64,000 bases of DNA, taken from the NCBI GenBank assembly GCA_030599585.1, contig JAUVNS010000001.1:96001-160000 (forward strand), read 5' to 3'. Position 1 is the first letter of the stretch. Each line of letters starts with the position of its first letter. Below, piece by piece: positions 49,553-59,854 of the stretch. A program made the translations under genes and the position numbers. The notes below the pieces were generated by a model. It saw only the letters and a program-made list of their open reading frames with translations. It was not told where the DNA came from and made no database searches. The DNA is from Promethearchaeota archaeon. GTDB lineage: Archaea; Asgardarchaeota; Lokiarchaeia; Sigyniarchaeales; SOKP01.

Positions 49553-50335
49553 GTGAGATATATAATGAAAATTGTATTTCATAAAAGATATTATAATTCA
49601 AGTTACGCAATGGATCCTGCGGCAGCTCCCGGGCGATTAGAAGGAATAGTCGATATTCTATCGAAAAACAAAGAGTACGTGTTTATCGAACCAAAACCTG
49701 CTATAAAAGAGGATATATTAAGAGCTCATACTGAACGACACTTTGAATATATTGAGCGTAATCCTTTACTGTTGGAGCTCGCATCTTTAGCTGCTGGAGG
49801 CGCAATTTTAGCTGCAGAAGAAGCTTACGATGGAAATCCTACTTTTGCTGTTATTCGACCTCCTGGTCATCACGCATCAGCAGACTCTTGTTGGGGTTTC
49901 TGCTACTTCAATAATATAAGCGTAAGCCTATTAAAACTGTTCTCAGAGGGTAAAATTAAATCAGCCTTCGTTCTCGATTTCGATTTGCACACAGGTGATG
50001 GTAACATCAATATCTTAAGCTTTAAAGAAGAAAGTTTTCGAGTAAAGATTCTCAATCCCGATTCAAGCGGAAGAACAGGTTATATTAAAGAAGTTAAGAA
50101 CTACATGGAAGAATTAGATAATATAGATATTTTTGTGGCTTCAGCTGGTTTTGATCAAGGAATTGATGATTGGGGTCATCTTTTATATCCTGAAGATTAT
50201 GATGATTTAGGGCTATTAATGAAAGAATATTCTGAAAAGCTATGCGAAGGGCGGAGATATGCGCTATTAGAGGGTGGTTATAATCACGATGCATTACCTA
50301 AAAATGTGAACTCTTTCTGTACAGGGTTTAAATAA
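49553..50335 (+). CDS. histone deacetylase family protein
   Basis: RPPGHHA, GFCYFNN, DFDLHTGDG, SAGFD, LEGGY. Confidence 0.9.
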   Translation: MRYIMKIVFHKRYYNSSYAMDPAAAPGRLEGIVDILSKNKEYVFIEPKPAIKEDILRAHTERHFEYIERNPLLLELASLAAGGAILAAEEAYDGNPTFAVIRPPGHHASADSCWGFCYFNNISVSLLKLFSEGKIKSAFVLDFDLHTGDGNINILSFKEESFRVKILNPDSSGRTGYIKEVKNYMEELDNIDIFVASAGFDQGIDDWGHLLYPEDYDDLGLLMKEYSEKLCEGRRYALLEGGYNHDALPKNVNSFCTGFK

Positions 50336-50363
50336 AAAAAATGATACTTAAACTTGGATTATA

Positions 50364-51491
50364 CTACTTCCCTTTGAAGTAATCTAGCACTTTTTTAAGA
50401 CAGAGGTATGAACTTTGATTCTTGGTAACGTCACAAATAGTCGTATAGTTAACAAAAATCATGTGTTTTACCCCTGTTTTAAAATATTTTTCTACTTTCT
50501 CAATTATTTCATCGGGTGTGCCATTTAAAAAATTATCTTTGCACATCTTCATTGGAATTTTCTCATATGCTTCCAATAGTGTCTTTTTGTCGTATTTCGT
50601 TGGAATAAAATCATAGATACCATTAAAGTTTTCACCTAACGGATGTGAGATACCATAACTCTGAAAATATTCACTTGACCCTACTAGCAGTTGATTTTTA
50701 GCAAGGGGGCTTGCGAGCATTTTATCGCATTCCTCCCTTTTTTCATCTATTATTACCGGCAACGAAATACCCGGGGTTATCTCATCTGGATTCCGCCCTA
50801 CATTTTTGGCATGATTTTGAATTTTTTCTAAACTCTCTTTATAATCATCTAGATTAATACTCCAAGGCAACCAACCATCTCCCAGTTTTCCTGTCAATTC
50901 TAGCATTTGAGGACCATGAGCACCAACCCATATAGGAGGAGCCTTATTTTTTCTGTAGGGTTTTAGTGAAAGGACCGCATCATTTAATTTCCAAAATTTG
51001 CCATCAAAATCTACTTTTTTATCGTGTTTCCATAAAAGTTTTATAATTTTAATCGATTCTTCTAGTCTACTAACAGGTTTTTCCCATTTAATCCCGTATG
51101 GTGTGACATTTTCTCCCTCTCCAAATCCAATCCCAAGAATTATCCTTCCTTTTGAAATGTGATCTAAAGTTATGATTAAGTGAGCAAGTAATGCCGGATG
51201 ATGTCGAAAAGTCTCAGTAACTGCAGTTCCTATACTAACTTTTTTGGTGTTATTTGCTATGATTGCCATTACAGGAAAAATGTTATACGAATCATGCGGG
51301 TTTTTGATAACTGATGCGATGTTTACAATATTTGGAGTCCAGATTGCATCTGGAAACCAACTCATAATATGATCTGGAACCCATAGAGAATCAAAACCAG
51401 CTTTCTCATACATTTTTGTCGTTTTAATTCCGTTTTCAAAAGGAGGAGTATATGTATTAAATATTCCTATCTTTACTTCACTAATATCCAT
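50364..51491 (-). CDS. LLM-class flavin/F420-dependent oxidoreductase
   Basis: AGFDSLWVPDH, TLDHISKGRIILGIG, PPIWVGAHGP, GDGWLP. Confidence 0.9.
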   Translation of the reverse strand: MDISEVKIGIFNTYTPPFENGIKTTKMYEKAGFDSLWVPDHIMSWFPDAIWTPNIVNIASVIKNPHDSYNIFPVMAIIANNTKKVSIGTAVTETFRHHPALLAHLIITLDHISKGRIILGIGFGEGENVTPYGIKWEKPVSRLEESIKIIKLLWKHDKKVDFDGKFWKLNDAVLSLKPYRKNKAPPIWVGAHGPQMLELTGKLGDGWLPWSINLDDYKESLEKIQNHAKNVGRNPDEITPGISLPVIIDEKREECDKMLASPLAKNQLLVGSSEYFQSYGISHPLGENFNGIYDFIPTKYDKKTLLEAYEKIPMKMCKDNFLNGTPDEIIEKVEKYFKTGVKHMIFVNYTTICDVTKNQSSYLCLKKVLDYFKGK

Positions 51492-51654
51492 TTGATAACC
51501 TCAAATCTTTTTTTGGATTAATTAAATTTCAATTAAGAGATAATAGGATTTAAAGATTTACAAAAATGTGAAAGGCATTTTATTTAAAGGATATTTTTAT
51601 ATTGAAGATTAAAAGAATTTTTTTCTCATTTTCTTTAAAATTAGAATAAAAAAA

Positions 51655-51784
51655 TTAATGTATTTGATAGAAATGTTCTTCAAATTCAGGCTTGCCCTGA
51701 TACTTCTGCATGAAGATCAACGGGGCCTTTTCGATGTTCTTAAAAAGATAAGAAGGTGCTCTGATTCTTGCTTGTCTTAGAGCG
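51655..51784 (-). repeat. 130-bp direct repeat of the DUF362 gene 3' end (partner 54636-54765)
   Basis: 6 mismatches; 86-nt identical core at 51661-51746. Confidence 0.95.
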
Positions 51785-51923
51785 GTGTTGCGCCACAGTT
51801 GAGATATTGCCCATCATACACCACCAGGTTGCGCGCTATTCGCGTCACTACGGTAGTGGTACCTTAAATATGTATCCTTCGGTTCAATGTACCACTAACT
51901 ACGTTCTGCTGAAGTGTCACAAC
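51784..51923 (-). other. GC-rich structured non-coding element (MITE/IS end or ncRNA)
   Basis: Imperfect terminal IR 51787-51796/51914-51923; perfect 9-bp IR 51854-51862/51889-51897; CGCG hairpin. Confidence 0.5.
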
Positions 51924-52005
51924 TAAATGTTTGAATTGTTCTGTCAAGGATTTGAATAGAAACAAAGTAGATATATAAATTGGATTATCCTATGTTGACG
52001 AAGTA

Positions 52006-52638
52006 TCATCGATAATTTTCTTTAGATTTATAAATCAATTCAGCCATTTTCTGGAAGACTGCTTTTACATTTTCTCCAGTAAGAGCTGATGTCTCAAAAT
52101 AGGGTGCATTTAATTTCTCACCTAAATGTTCACCCATAGGTAAAATAATTTTCCTTTCTTCTTTTAGATGTGACTTATTTCCGATTAATATTCTAGGTAT
52201 TCCACTTAATCCATACTTGACAGCTGCGCTATACCAGTTGTTAATATTACTAAATGTACTTGAGCGCGTGATATCAAATACTAGAAGCATGCCATCGGCC
52301 CCATTGAAATATGGACGGTGGAGCATGTAGAATTGAGGTTGTCCCGCGATATTCCAAAACACTAATGTAACTGTGGCATTGTAATCGTTCAGTTCGATTG
52401 TTTCTTTTAAAATTTCAACACCAACCGTTGGCAGATAATTTGCTTCAAATTTATCTGTAGCAAATCTAGAAAGAAGGTCCACTTTTCCGACAGCAGGATC
52501 TCCTATAACAATAACTTTATAAATTGCTTCAAGTCTCCCTTTAAAAGCTATTTTTCCTTCTTTTCGTTCTAAATCGCTCATGTGTTTTATGATGTTTTCG
52601 AATTTGGAATAATGAAATATTTTTGAATGAATTAACAA
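52006..52638 (-). CDS. Rab-like GTPase with degenerate G motifs (probable pseudo-GTPase); start probably ATG 52581
   Basis: GDPAVGKVD, WNIAGQ, GNKSH, ETSA. Confidence 0.85.
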   Translation of the reverse strand: MLIHSKIFHYSKFENIIKHMSDLERKEGKIAFKGRLEAIYKVIVIGDPAVGKVDLLSRFATDKFEANYLPTVGVEILKETIELNDYNATVTLVFWNIAGQPQFYMLHRPYFNGADGMLLVFDITRSSTFSNINNWYSAAVKYGLSGIPRILIGNKSHLKEERKIILPMGEHLGEKLNAPYFETSALTGENVKAVFQKMAELIYKSKENYR

Positions 52639-52652
52639 AAAAAATAAAGAAT

Positions 52653-53279
52653 TTAAAATTTCCTTGATTTTCCTTTCATATCGAAATTCGCTACAACTCC
52701 ACTTCTATTCTTGAACTCCCAATTTCTATCAAAATCATTATAGTTCCAGAAATGAGTGTTGCATATTTTTAAATCTGAAATATACAAACCGAATATAGAA
52801 TTTTCAAGTCTTTGAGGATTTTTTCCATCGAGTCCTGGAGTATAGGATAATTTCATTTCTCCGTAAGGCATAGTAATGTGGAAAGTATTTCCCTCTTGAT
52901 TAAAATTAATATCCACATATTTTATTCCTAAAACTTTCGATAGAATCATCCCATCCTGAATTTTATTAGTAAAAAAAGGTTCTAAATATTTCCTTTGTTC
53001 TTCAGTAGTTTTATCGCTTATATACACCCCTCCTTCTCCGCCTTTACTCATTACATCAGCAGCTTTATTAGAATATAAATCAATTACATGAATTGCCATT
53101 ACACCGCCGATATCAACATCACCTATTTTTCCTTCGTCATATTGGAATAATTGAAATGATTTACAAGGAGTTTCTCTGTCTCTTCCAAAATAAAACGAGC
53201 AATGCCCTTCTGCTGCGCATGCCTCATACCATCTACCTTTTGCACTCCAACTAATTCTTTCTTTTACTTCTTTAGACAT
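52653..53279 (-). CDS. DUF1326 family protein
   Basis: WSAKGRWYEAC...C...C, DEGKIGDVDIGG, YISDKTTEEQR. Confidence 0.75.
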   Translation of the reverse strand: MSKEVKERISWSAKGRWYEACAAEGHCSFYFGRDRETPCKSFQLFQYDEGKIGDVDIGGVMAIHVIDLYSNKAADVMSKGGEGGVYISDKTTEEQRKYLEPFFTNKIQDGMILSKVLGIKYVDINFNQEGNTFHITMPYGEMKLSYTPGLDGKNPQRLENSIFGLYISDLKICNTHFWNYNDFDRNWEFKNRSGVVANFDMKGKSRKF

Positions 53280-53536
53280 TATTTCACACCTCTATCTTTA
53301 CAAATTTATAATAATTATAATTTTTATTTAACGGTAAATAAAGCTTTTCATGAGAAAAGAACTTAAAATCATATTTAATATTTTTGACTCCTTTGTCTAA
53401 ATATGTGTTTTAAAATTTATGGATAGAAACGGGAATATAAATAAAATTTAATTTATTTGACAAAAAAGTAAATACTTATATTTGATGAAATAGAAAATAA
53501 GTAGTATCCAATTTTAATTAAGGATGTCGAATAAAA

Positions 53537-54241
53537 ATGAATAAATCTAAATTAACAAACAATATTTTTCTGTTCATTATATTTTCACTATTCTTTTCAA
53601 ATATCGTCGCAATTGGCTATTCTAACGAAGTAGGAATAACAGATGGTATGTATATTAAACATTTTCTTACTCAACATTCACATCTGGATGGGTGGCCAAC
53701 AACACTCACTTTTTCTAAGACTTCAGATGATCTCTTTCATGTTACCTGGAGATGGGAATCTCCTAGCGATATGGGTAGTGGTCATTGGGATGTAACTATC
53801 AGCACTAATATTGTATCAAATATGGATAATTTTGGTCCTCCTGATGATTCTCATAATGGGTGTTGGATTTACATTAATGCTTCCCTTAATGATCAAATTA
53901 TAATGTATAATCACCCTAAGGAATCATATACTGGAGATGGAGACACTGTATATAATATTACTGGTGAATACAGTATTACTGGTGGCACGATGGATGTTTC
54001 TATGGAGGTTTGGGAATTAGAAGATGCTTTTGGGAGTGTGCTTTGGTATGAAAAAAGTAAAGGATTTCTTGTAAATGGCACAAATCGCTATAATGCATAT
54101 TGGGAGAAATATGAATTTATTGAGACTAATGCCTTCAGTAGTCCAGAAGGGGGGATTCCAGGATATAATTACTTTTTTCTATTTGGTTTGTTATTAGTAA
54201 GTGCAATAGTTATATTAAAAAATAAATCAATTAGGGAATAA
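53537..54241 (+). CDS. secreted/surface protein with IPGY-type (Loki-CTERM-like) C-terminal anchor
   Basis: Signal peptide; LWYEKSKGFLV; GGIPGY + TM + basic tail. Confidence 0.8.
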   Translation: MNKSKLTNNIFLFIIFSLFFSNIVAIGYSNEVGITDGMYIKHFLTQHSHLDGWPTTLTFSKTSDDLFHVTWRWESPSDMGSGHWDVTISTNIVSNMDNFGPPDDSHNGCWIYINASLNDQIIMYNHPKESYTGDGDTVYNITGEYSITGGTMDVSMEVWELEDAFGSVLWYEKSKGFLVNGTNRYNAYWEKYEFIETNAFSSPEGGIPGYNYFFLFGLLLVSAIVILKNKSIRE

Positions 54242-54321
54242 AATTATAATATAAACCTCAAAATAGCAATTCGCATGTCAAAAGTAGAAGAAAGACCACG
54301 CTATAAATAGTTTTTTTGTTT

Positions 54322-54498
54322 TTAATTTTTTATCACTTCTTTGATTTTTGTCGATGATTTAACGCTTGATTTCGTTTTTTTCACTTTAATTTCAACAAAA
54401 GCAGTGACAGGGATTAAAATTCCAATTGGAATTATTAATGTCATTATGATTACGAATGTATTAGCTGAATTGAGATCGGTATCACCTTGATTATTTGT
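54322..54498 (-). pseudogene. orphan 3' end of a surface-protein gene (TM anchor + basic tail)
   Basis: TNNQGDTDLNSANTFVIIMTLIIPIGILIPVTAFVEIKVKKTK...KN*, preceded in frame by a stop. Confidence 0.5.
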
Positions 54499-54635
54499 CT
54501 ATATGTATGTTTATAATTCTTTCTCATTTGAAAGGGGTGAATATTACAAATAGAAAAAAAAGATGAAAAGAAAGATAATAACCCTTTATTTGTTTAATCC
54601 CTAAATTTTAAGTAGTAGGCGGTTAAAGAAGAAAG

Positions 54636-55976
54636 TTAATTTATTTGATAGAAATGTTCTTCAAATTCAGGCTTGCCCTGATACTTCTGCATGAAGATCA
54701 ACGGGGCCTTTTCGATGTTCTTAAAAATATACGAGGGTGCTCTGATTCCTGCTTGCCTTAGAGCGTCTTGTATTTGATTAACTTCAGGTGGGCATCCTTC
54801 AATTGCGATCGCTTCTTTAATATTTGGATGGTCCTTGCGCTTATTGATGATGCATTGTCCAAGCAATATTGTTTTATTCTTCCCCTCAGAAGGTTCCATG
54901 ATTTTTCCAGTAAGTACTTCTACATTGTCAAAATCTTTACCCTTCCACGCTGATTTAATTGCTATAAGTAAAACTGCATTATAAAAACTACAATAAGTAC
55001 ATATAGTTTCATCATATTTTGGATAACTTAGCCCTCCAATACCCGCTTTTGCGTAAGTAAGAGGTAACGTATTATTATTTTTGTAGATATAATCCCATCC
55101 ATGAAGCACTGCAAGATCTTCTATGCTTTCTCCTTTGACATCAATATCTGATAAATCTAATGGACGATTTCTGTCCTTAGCTGCTTGTACTAAATGTGGA
55201 ACAGCAGTAGGAGATATGCCTAATAAACTAGAACCCACCATATCCGCGGAGAGCATGTTTTTGGAAGCAACTATTATATCGCTTCTATGAGCTTTACCGT
55301 CAAAAGATGGACCTCGTTCAAGTGTATAAATCCCATCAATGATTGTAAGACCAAGCGGTGCTTTATCTGCAAGGTGTGACACATTATAATGTAAGGTGTA
55401 TTTGGGATCGTCCCCATGGAACTTTTTACGCGAGGGAATATTTATCAAGCCTTTCAGATTTTTTAACCCTAAACTAACAACGCATTGCGCGTGAGTTTTA
55501 AGAACAGGAACATCAATTAAAAAATCTGAATGAAGCATATCTGCATTCATTTTTGCGGATACCCCTTCTGCTAACTCTACTTTTTCAAATGGTCGTTGAA
55601 AAATATCGTATACTTTTACACCATATCGTTTCTTAAGAATATTGTATCCAAGCTTTTCGAATGCATCTTTAGATGTTTCTCTATCTTTTGGGCTTTCAGT
55701 GACTATTCCTTCTCCGATAGTAATGTCAGTTACACCATGCTCTTTTAACAATATTAAAATTTCCTCCATTACGCTCGAAGTTGTAAGCATACCCCATTTA
55801 GGAAAGTCACAATGCCTATTCCAATAAACCAAATTAGGTTTTATGAAAACCTTTGCGTTAGGATCAAGTTTTTCAAATCCATTTACAAGTTTGACAGCTT
55901 TACGAACAGAATCTTTTTCCTTTTCATATTTTACTATAGATACACTCGATTTACTCATATATAAACATCTTTTCAT
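54636..55976 (-). CDS. DUF362 domain protein
   Basis: VFIKPNL, IGEG, VPVLKTH, SLGLKNLKG, IIDGI; C-term CTYC, GQC, GCPP. Confidence 0.9.
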   Translation of the reverse strand: MKRCLYMSKSSVSIVKYEKEKDSVRKAVKLVNGFEKLDPNAKVFIKPNLVYWNRHCDFPKWGMLTTSSVMEEILILLKEHGVTDITIGEGIVTESPKDRETSKDAFEKLGYNILKKRYGVKVYDIFQRPFEKVELAEGVSAKMNADMLHSDFLIDVPVLKTHAQCVVSLGLKNLKGLINIPSRKKFHGDDPKYTLHYNVSHLADKAPLGLTIIDGIYTLERGPSFDGKAHRSDIIVASKNMLSADMVGSSLLGISPTAVPHLVQAAKDRNRPLDLSDIDVKGESIEDLAVLHGWDYIYKNNNTLPLTYAKAGIGGLSYPKYDETICTYCSFYNAVLLIAIKSAWKGKDFDNVEVLTGKIMEPSEGKNKTILLGQCIINKRKDHPNIKEAIAIEGCPPEVNQIQDALRQAGIRAPSYIFKNIEKAPLIFMQKYQGKPEFEEHFYQIN

Positions 55977-56042
55977 TAATTAAAAATTATTAGGAAAATG
56001 AATATTAACTATTTTAAAAATTAAATTGTTTTAGAAATAATT

Positions 56043-56588
56043 TTATTCTTTTGCTTTGTTTTCCCAGTCTTCTCTTAGGATTGCCATTATTATTTCGTCG
56101 TGATACTTACCGTTGTGATACCACGCTTGCCTTTTCCTACCTTCTTCAACAAATTCTACTTTTCGGTATGTTTTAAAAGCGCGAGTATTAAATTCGTAGA
56201 CACTCAATTCGATCCTATTCATATTTAATGTGTTAAAACCATATTCTACCAACATTTCCATCGCTTCTGTTCCAAATCCTTTGTTATGATATACTTTCTC
56301 TCCAATAGTAATACCGCACGAACACGCTCTATTTTTGTTGTTTATATCTTGAATCGCGCAATTTCCAATTATTTTATCCTGATCTTCTTCATCAATTATC
56401 TGAATAGAAAAATATACAGAATCTTCTCTAGTTTTAAGATTACTGAACCATTCTTCTTCCCAGTCTCTCGTCATTGGTTTATATATCGTTAAATATTGCG
56501 TAATTTCTGGATCGTTAAACCACTTTAGAAAATGATCTATGTGTTTCCTTTCAAGGGGAGCTAACTTAATTCTCTTTCCTTTTAACAT
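56043..56588 (-). CDS. RimJ/RimL GNAT acetyltransferase
   Basis: WFNDPEI, GKGFGTEA-like NKGFGTEA, LNMNRIEL, EEGRKR. Confidence 0.9.
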   Translation of the reverse strand: MLKGKRIKLAPLERKHIDHFLKWFNDPEITQYLTIYKPMTRDWEEEWFSNLKTREDSVYFSIQIIDEEDQDKIIGNCAIQDINNKNRACSCGITIGEKVYHNKGFGTEAMEMLVEYGFNTLNMNRIELSVYEFNTRAFKTYRKVEFVEEGRKRQAWYHNGKYHDEIIMAILREDWENKAKE

Positions 56589-56659
56589 AAAAACTAGGAT
56601 TACAGCAAAAATTAAAAAATTAACGATTTAAGAATGATTTACTGAAGAAAAAGATAAAA

Positions 56660-59524
56660 TTAGAAATAAATATCTGATCTTCTTGCCATGTATTTGACGA
56701 ATTCAAAGGAAACTATACAGATCAACGAAATCAAAAAGCACACTAACCAATCTAATCCCGTAAGGAACATAAATCTAAAGTTTAAGCCCCAATCAGCTAG
56801 TGTTACTTGGACTCCTGGAATATATATGAGAGCTATAAGTAGTGCAAATAAAAAACCAATTAGAGCATACATGAAACGCGTACTGTCTTCTTTTATGCTT
56901 AGAATTAACGATTTGTTTGGTCTACGAATTTGTAAAACTAAAAATGATTCGCAGAAGAAAATCGTCACCATTAACATTGTAAGGGTTTTAGCTTCATTTA
57001 GAGAAATTCCACTTCCATCTGGGAATGTGAGGGGAGAAAACAAATAAGCTTCGTTTAAATCTCCGAAATCGATAACAGAAACTTCAGGACCTAAAAGTGT
57101 CATGAAGTAGACAACGATCATGCTAGTCGCTAATAACGCTCCAAATATAAACATAAGAATAACAGTATTTTTCGATAAGATTTCTTCCTCGTCGTGTGGT
57201 TTCTGCTTCATTAAATCTTTAGAATTACGATCGAAAGTAAGAATTAAGCCCGGAAATATGTGAACCGTTATTGAGAGGAAAATCCATTGGTAATAGAATG
57301 CGTCGTCTAAAAAGTAGGGGAAATCTAAAATAACAGATAAAATAAATTGAAAAATGCCTTCAAAAACATTTATACAGATATAGAAAAATACCACTGCTCT
57401 GATGCGAGCAAAAATACCACGTCCTTGTTCGATGCCCGTAACAATTGATGTAAAAGAATCGTCGCTTATTACCATATCACTAGCTTCTTTCGCAACATCA
57501 GTTCCTTGAATACCCATAGCTATTCCTGCATCTGCTAAATTTAAAGCTAGGGCATCGTTAACTCCATCACCGGTCATTGCTACAACCTGATTAGCTTCCT
57601 GGTACCTTTCGATTATGTCTTGTTTATGCTCTGGAGATACTCGAGCAAACACTTTAATTCTGCTAAAATCAAAAAAGGATTTAATTTTCTTTATGTTTTT
57701 ACCTTCTAATACAATTTCTTCTTTGTTTTTAATAATAGATATTTGTCGGGCGATAGCCTGTGCCGTGGTGGGAGAATCTCCAGTGATCATTACTACCTCC
57801 ACCCCTGCGTTGTGACATTGCTCAACGCTTTCTTTTACGCCTTCCCGGGGAGGATCTAGGATCGTTACAAACCCAATGTATATCATATCTGACTCGCACA
57901 ACTTTCTACTTTTCTCGTCTTCTGGTGGAAGAGCATCTAGTTTCTTATAGCATAAACTTAAAATTCTATATCCTTGTTCTGCGTAGAAATCAGAAATCTT
58001 TAAAACCTTGTCTTTTATTTCGTCTGTAAATTCTAACTCTTGGTCTTTGTATAAGACTTTTTGACAAAGTGGAATCAAAATTTCGCTTGCTCCTTTAGTA
58101 AATGAAAAGAATTTACCCTTTTTTTTATAAACTTTAGTCATTCTTTTAACTTTTGAATCAAAAGGATGCTCTTTAATGTACTCAAAATCTTCTAAGAGAT
58201 AATCTCCCATTCCTTTTTGAAAAAGAACCATCAAAGCTCCCTCAGTTGGAGAACCAATTACTTTCCAGTTATTAATTATTTTACCAGATATTTCAATCTC
58301 ATTTTTTACCAAAGCTGAGTTATTGTTCAAAAATCCTGAAGTTAAAAGTAGCTTGAGTTGAGGATGATCATCAATGTGTTTCACAAAAACAGAATTTTTC
58401 GGATCGTCGACTAGTATAATGTCCCCATCAGGACTATAACCGCTACCAGAGACGTTATATGTAGAACCATTTGTCCAGACATGTTGAATTGACATTTGAT
58501 TTCTTGTTAATGTGCCAGTTTTGTCCGAACAGACTACGCTTACTCGACCTAAACTATCTACTGAGGCGAGATTTCTGATGATAACCCCATGGCGTGCCAT
58601 AGCTACAACGCCCGTTAATAAAATAATTGTTACAAGGAGAGGTATGTTGATAGGAAGGAGATCCATGGCAGAATTAAGACTCTTGACTATATCTAACTCA
58701 CCTGTAGCGCCCCAAAGAATCATGAGAATAATAAACCAAAATCCGATAACGATTAACCCTAACCACTTTCCAAAATTATTCATTTTTTCTCGAATTGGAA
58801 TCTCACTTGTTCCTGCGTCTTCTAAACCTTGAGAAATTTTTCCTATTTCGGTATCCCTTCCAGTTTTTGCTGCTATTGCTGTTGAATTACCAGTAGCGAT
58901 AAAAGTTCCGTAAAACACCATATTGAATCGTTCAGCGATGGCCACATCTTCGTTTTTTATTACGGTACCATCATGAACTTTTCTGACAGGTTCAGATTCT
59001 CCCGTTAAACTGGATTCGTTAACTTCTAAGTTTGAGGATTGAATTATTCTTCCATCAGCAGGTATTCGATCACCTTGCTTCAAGACTAATAAATCGCCCA
59101 CAACTACATTTTTGGTGTTAATATCCTCCTTTTGACCATTTCTTATTACAGTGGTTGTGGGTGCCGTCATTTCTCGTAGTGCGCTTAATTTTTTTGTTGC
59201 TCTATATTGCTGTATGATTGCAACTATACAATTGAGCGCTACTATGCCTAGAGTTAGCATGACGAATATTAAATTTCCTTCACCCATTGTGATTGCTGCT
59301 AAAAACAGAATCAACGAGGCGAAAAGATAAATAACTATTAACCAATTAAATAAAGGAGCGAGATAAATTTTGATAAATCCTTTAGAAGCTTTCGGAATCT
59401 CGTTAAATCCGTAAAGTTCAAGCCGTTTTTGCGCTTCTTCACTTGTTAATCCATCAGTTGAGTTAGTTTGAAATTTTTTGTAGATTTGATCTAACTCCAT
59501 ATTGTAGTAGATTTCTTCCACCAT
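56660..59524 (-). CDS. P-type ATPase, P2-like scaffold with atypical TM ion-binding residues
   Basis: TGES, DKTGT, KGA, DPPR, TGD, GDGVND; TM4 PINIP. Confidence 0.95.
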   Translation of the reverse strand: MVEEIYYNMELDQIYKKFQTNSTDGLTSEEAQKRLELYGFNEIPKASKGFIKIYLAPLFNWLIVIYLFASLILFLAAITMGEGNLIFVMLTLGIVALNCIVAIIQQYRATKKLSALREMTAPTTTVIRNGQKEDINTKNVVVGDLLVLKQGDRIPADGRIIQSSNLEVNESSLTGESEPVRKVHDGTVIKNEDVAIAERFNMVFYGTFIATGNSTAIAAKTGRDTEIGKISQGLEDAGTSEIPIREKMNNFGKWLGLIVIGFWFIILMILWGATGELDIVKSLNSAMDLLPINIPLLVTIILLTGVVAMARHGVIIRNLASVDSLGRVSVVCSDKTGTLTRNQMSIQHVWTNGSTYNVSGSGYSPDGDIILVDDPKNSVFVKHIDDHPQLKLLLTSGFLNNNSALVKNEIEISGKIINNWKVIGSPTEGALMVLFQKGMGDYLLEDFEYIKEHPFDSKVKRMTKVYKKKGKFFSFTKGASEILIPLCQKVLYKDQELEFTDEIKDKVLKISDFYAEQGYRILSLCYKKLDALPPEDEKSRKLCESDMIYIGFVTILDPPREGVKESVEQCHNAGVEVVMITGDSPTTAQAIARQISIIKNKEEIVLEGKNIKKIKSFFDFSRIKVFARVSPEHKQDIIERYQEANQVVAMTGDGVNDALALNLADAGIAMGIQGTDVAKEASDMVISDDSFTSIVTGIEQGRGIFARIRAVVFFYICINVFEGIFQFILSVILDFPYFLDDAFYYQWIFLSITVHIFPGLILTFDRNSKDLMKQKPHDEEEILSKNTVILMFIFGALLATSMIVVYFMTLLGPEVSVIDFGDLNEAYLFSPLTFPDGSGISLNEAKTLTMLMVTIFFCESFLVLQIRRPNKSLILSIKEDSTRFMYALIGFLFALLIALIYIPGVQVTLADWGLNFRFMFLTGLDWLVCFLISLICIVSFEFVKYMARRSDIYF

Positions 59525-59854
59525 TAGCCATTCTCCCGGGACTTATATCTTAATTTTGATTTTATGATAAAAAATAATTTATAATAAATACACAATAGAA
59601 ATTCTTGTTTTTATTCTATAGTATTTTTGTTAATAAAAATAGTTATTAAAGATACTTTAAAAAAATAATAGAAAAGATTCAAAAATACGAATTAGGATGG
59701 AAAATAAGATCGAATTATTTGATTGGACTTTCTTTTTTGTCTTTCTTTTTCAGACCATAAAATAATTTATCAAGATGTATTTTTATTTTATAGTATTTTT
59801 ATTTATTAAAATGAGCTAGTAACAATAAAATTAGTATTCAAGCTAATAATGGTA

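Noticed and set aside
51655-54765. Diversity-generating retroelement (TR/VR pair at a gene 3' end)
   Set aside because: Only 2 of 6 mismatches are at adenines of the putative template, the A-rich 86-nt core is invariant, and no reverse transcriptase is in the window
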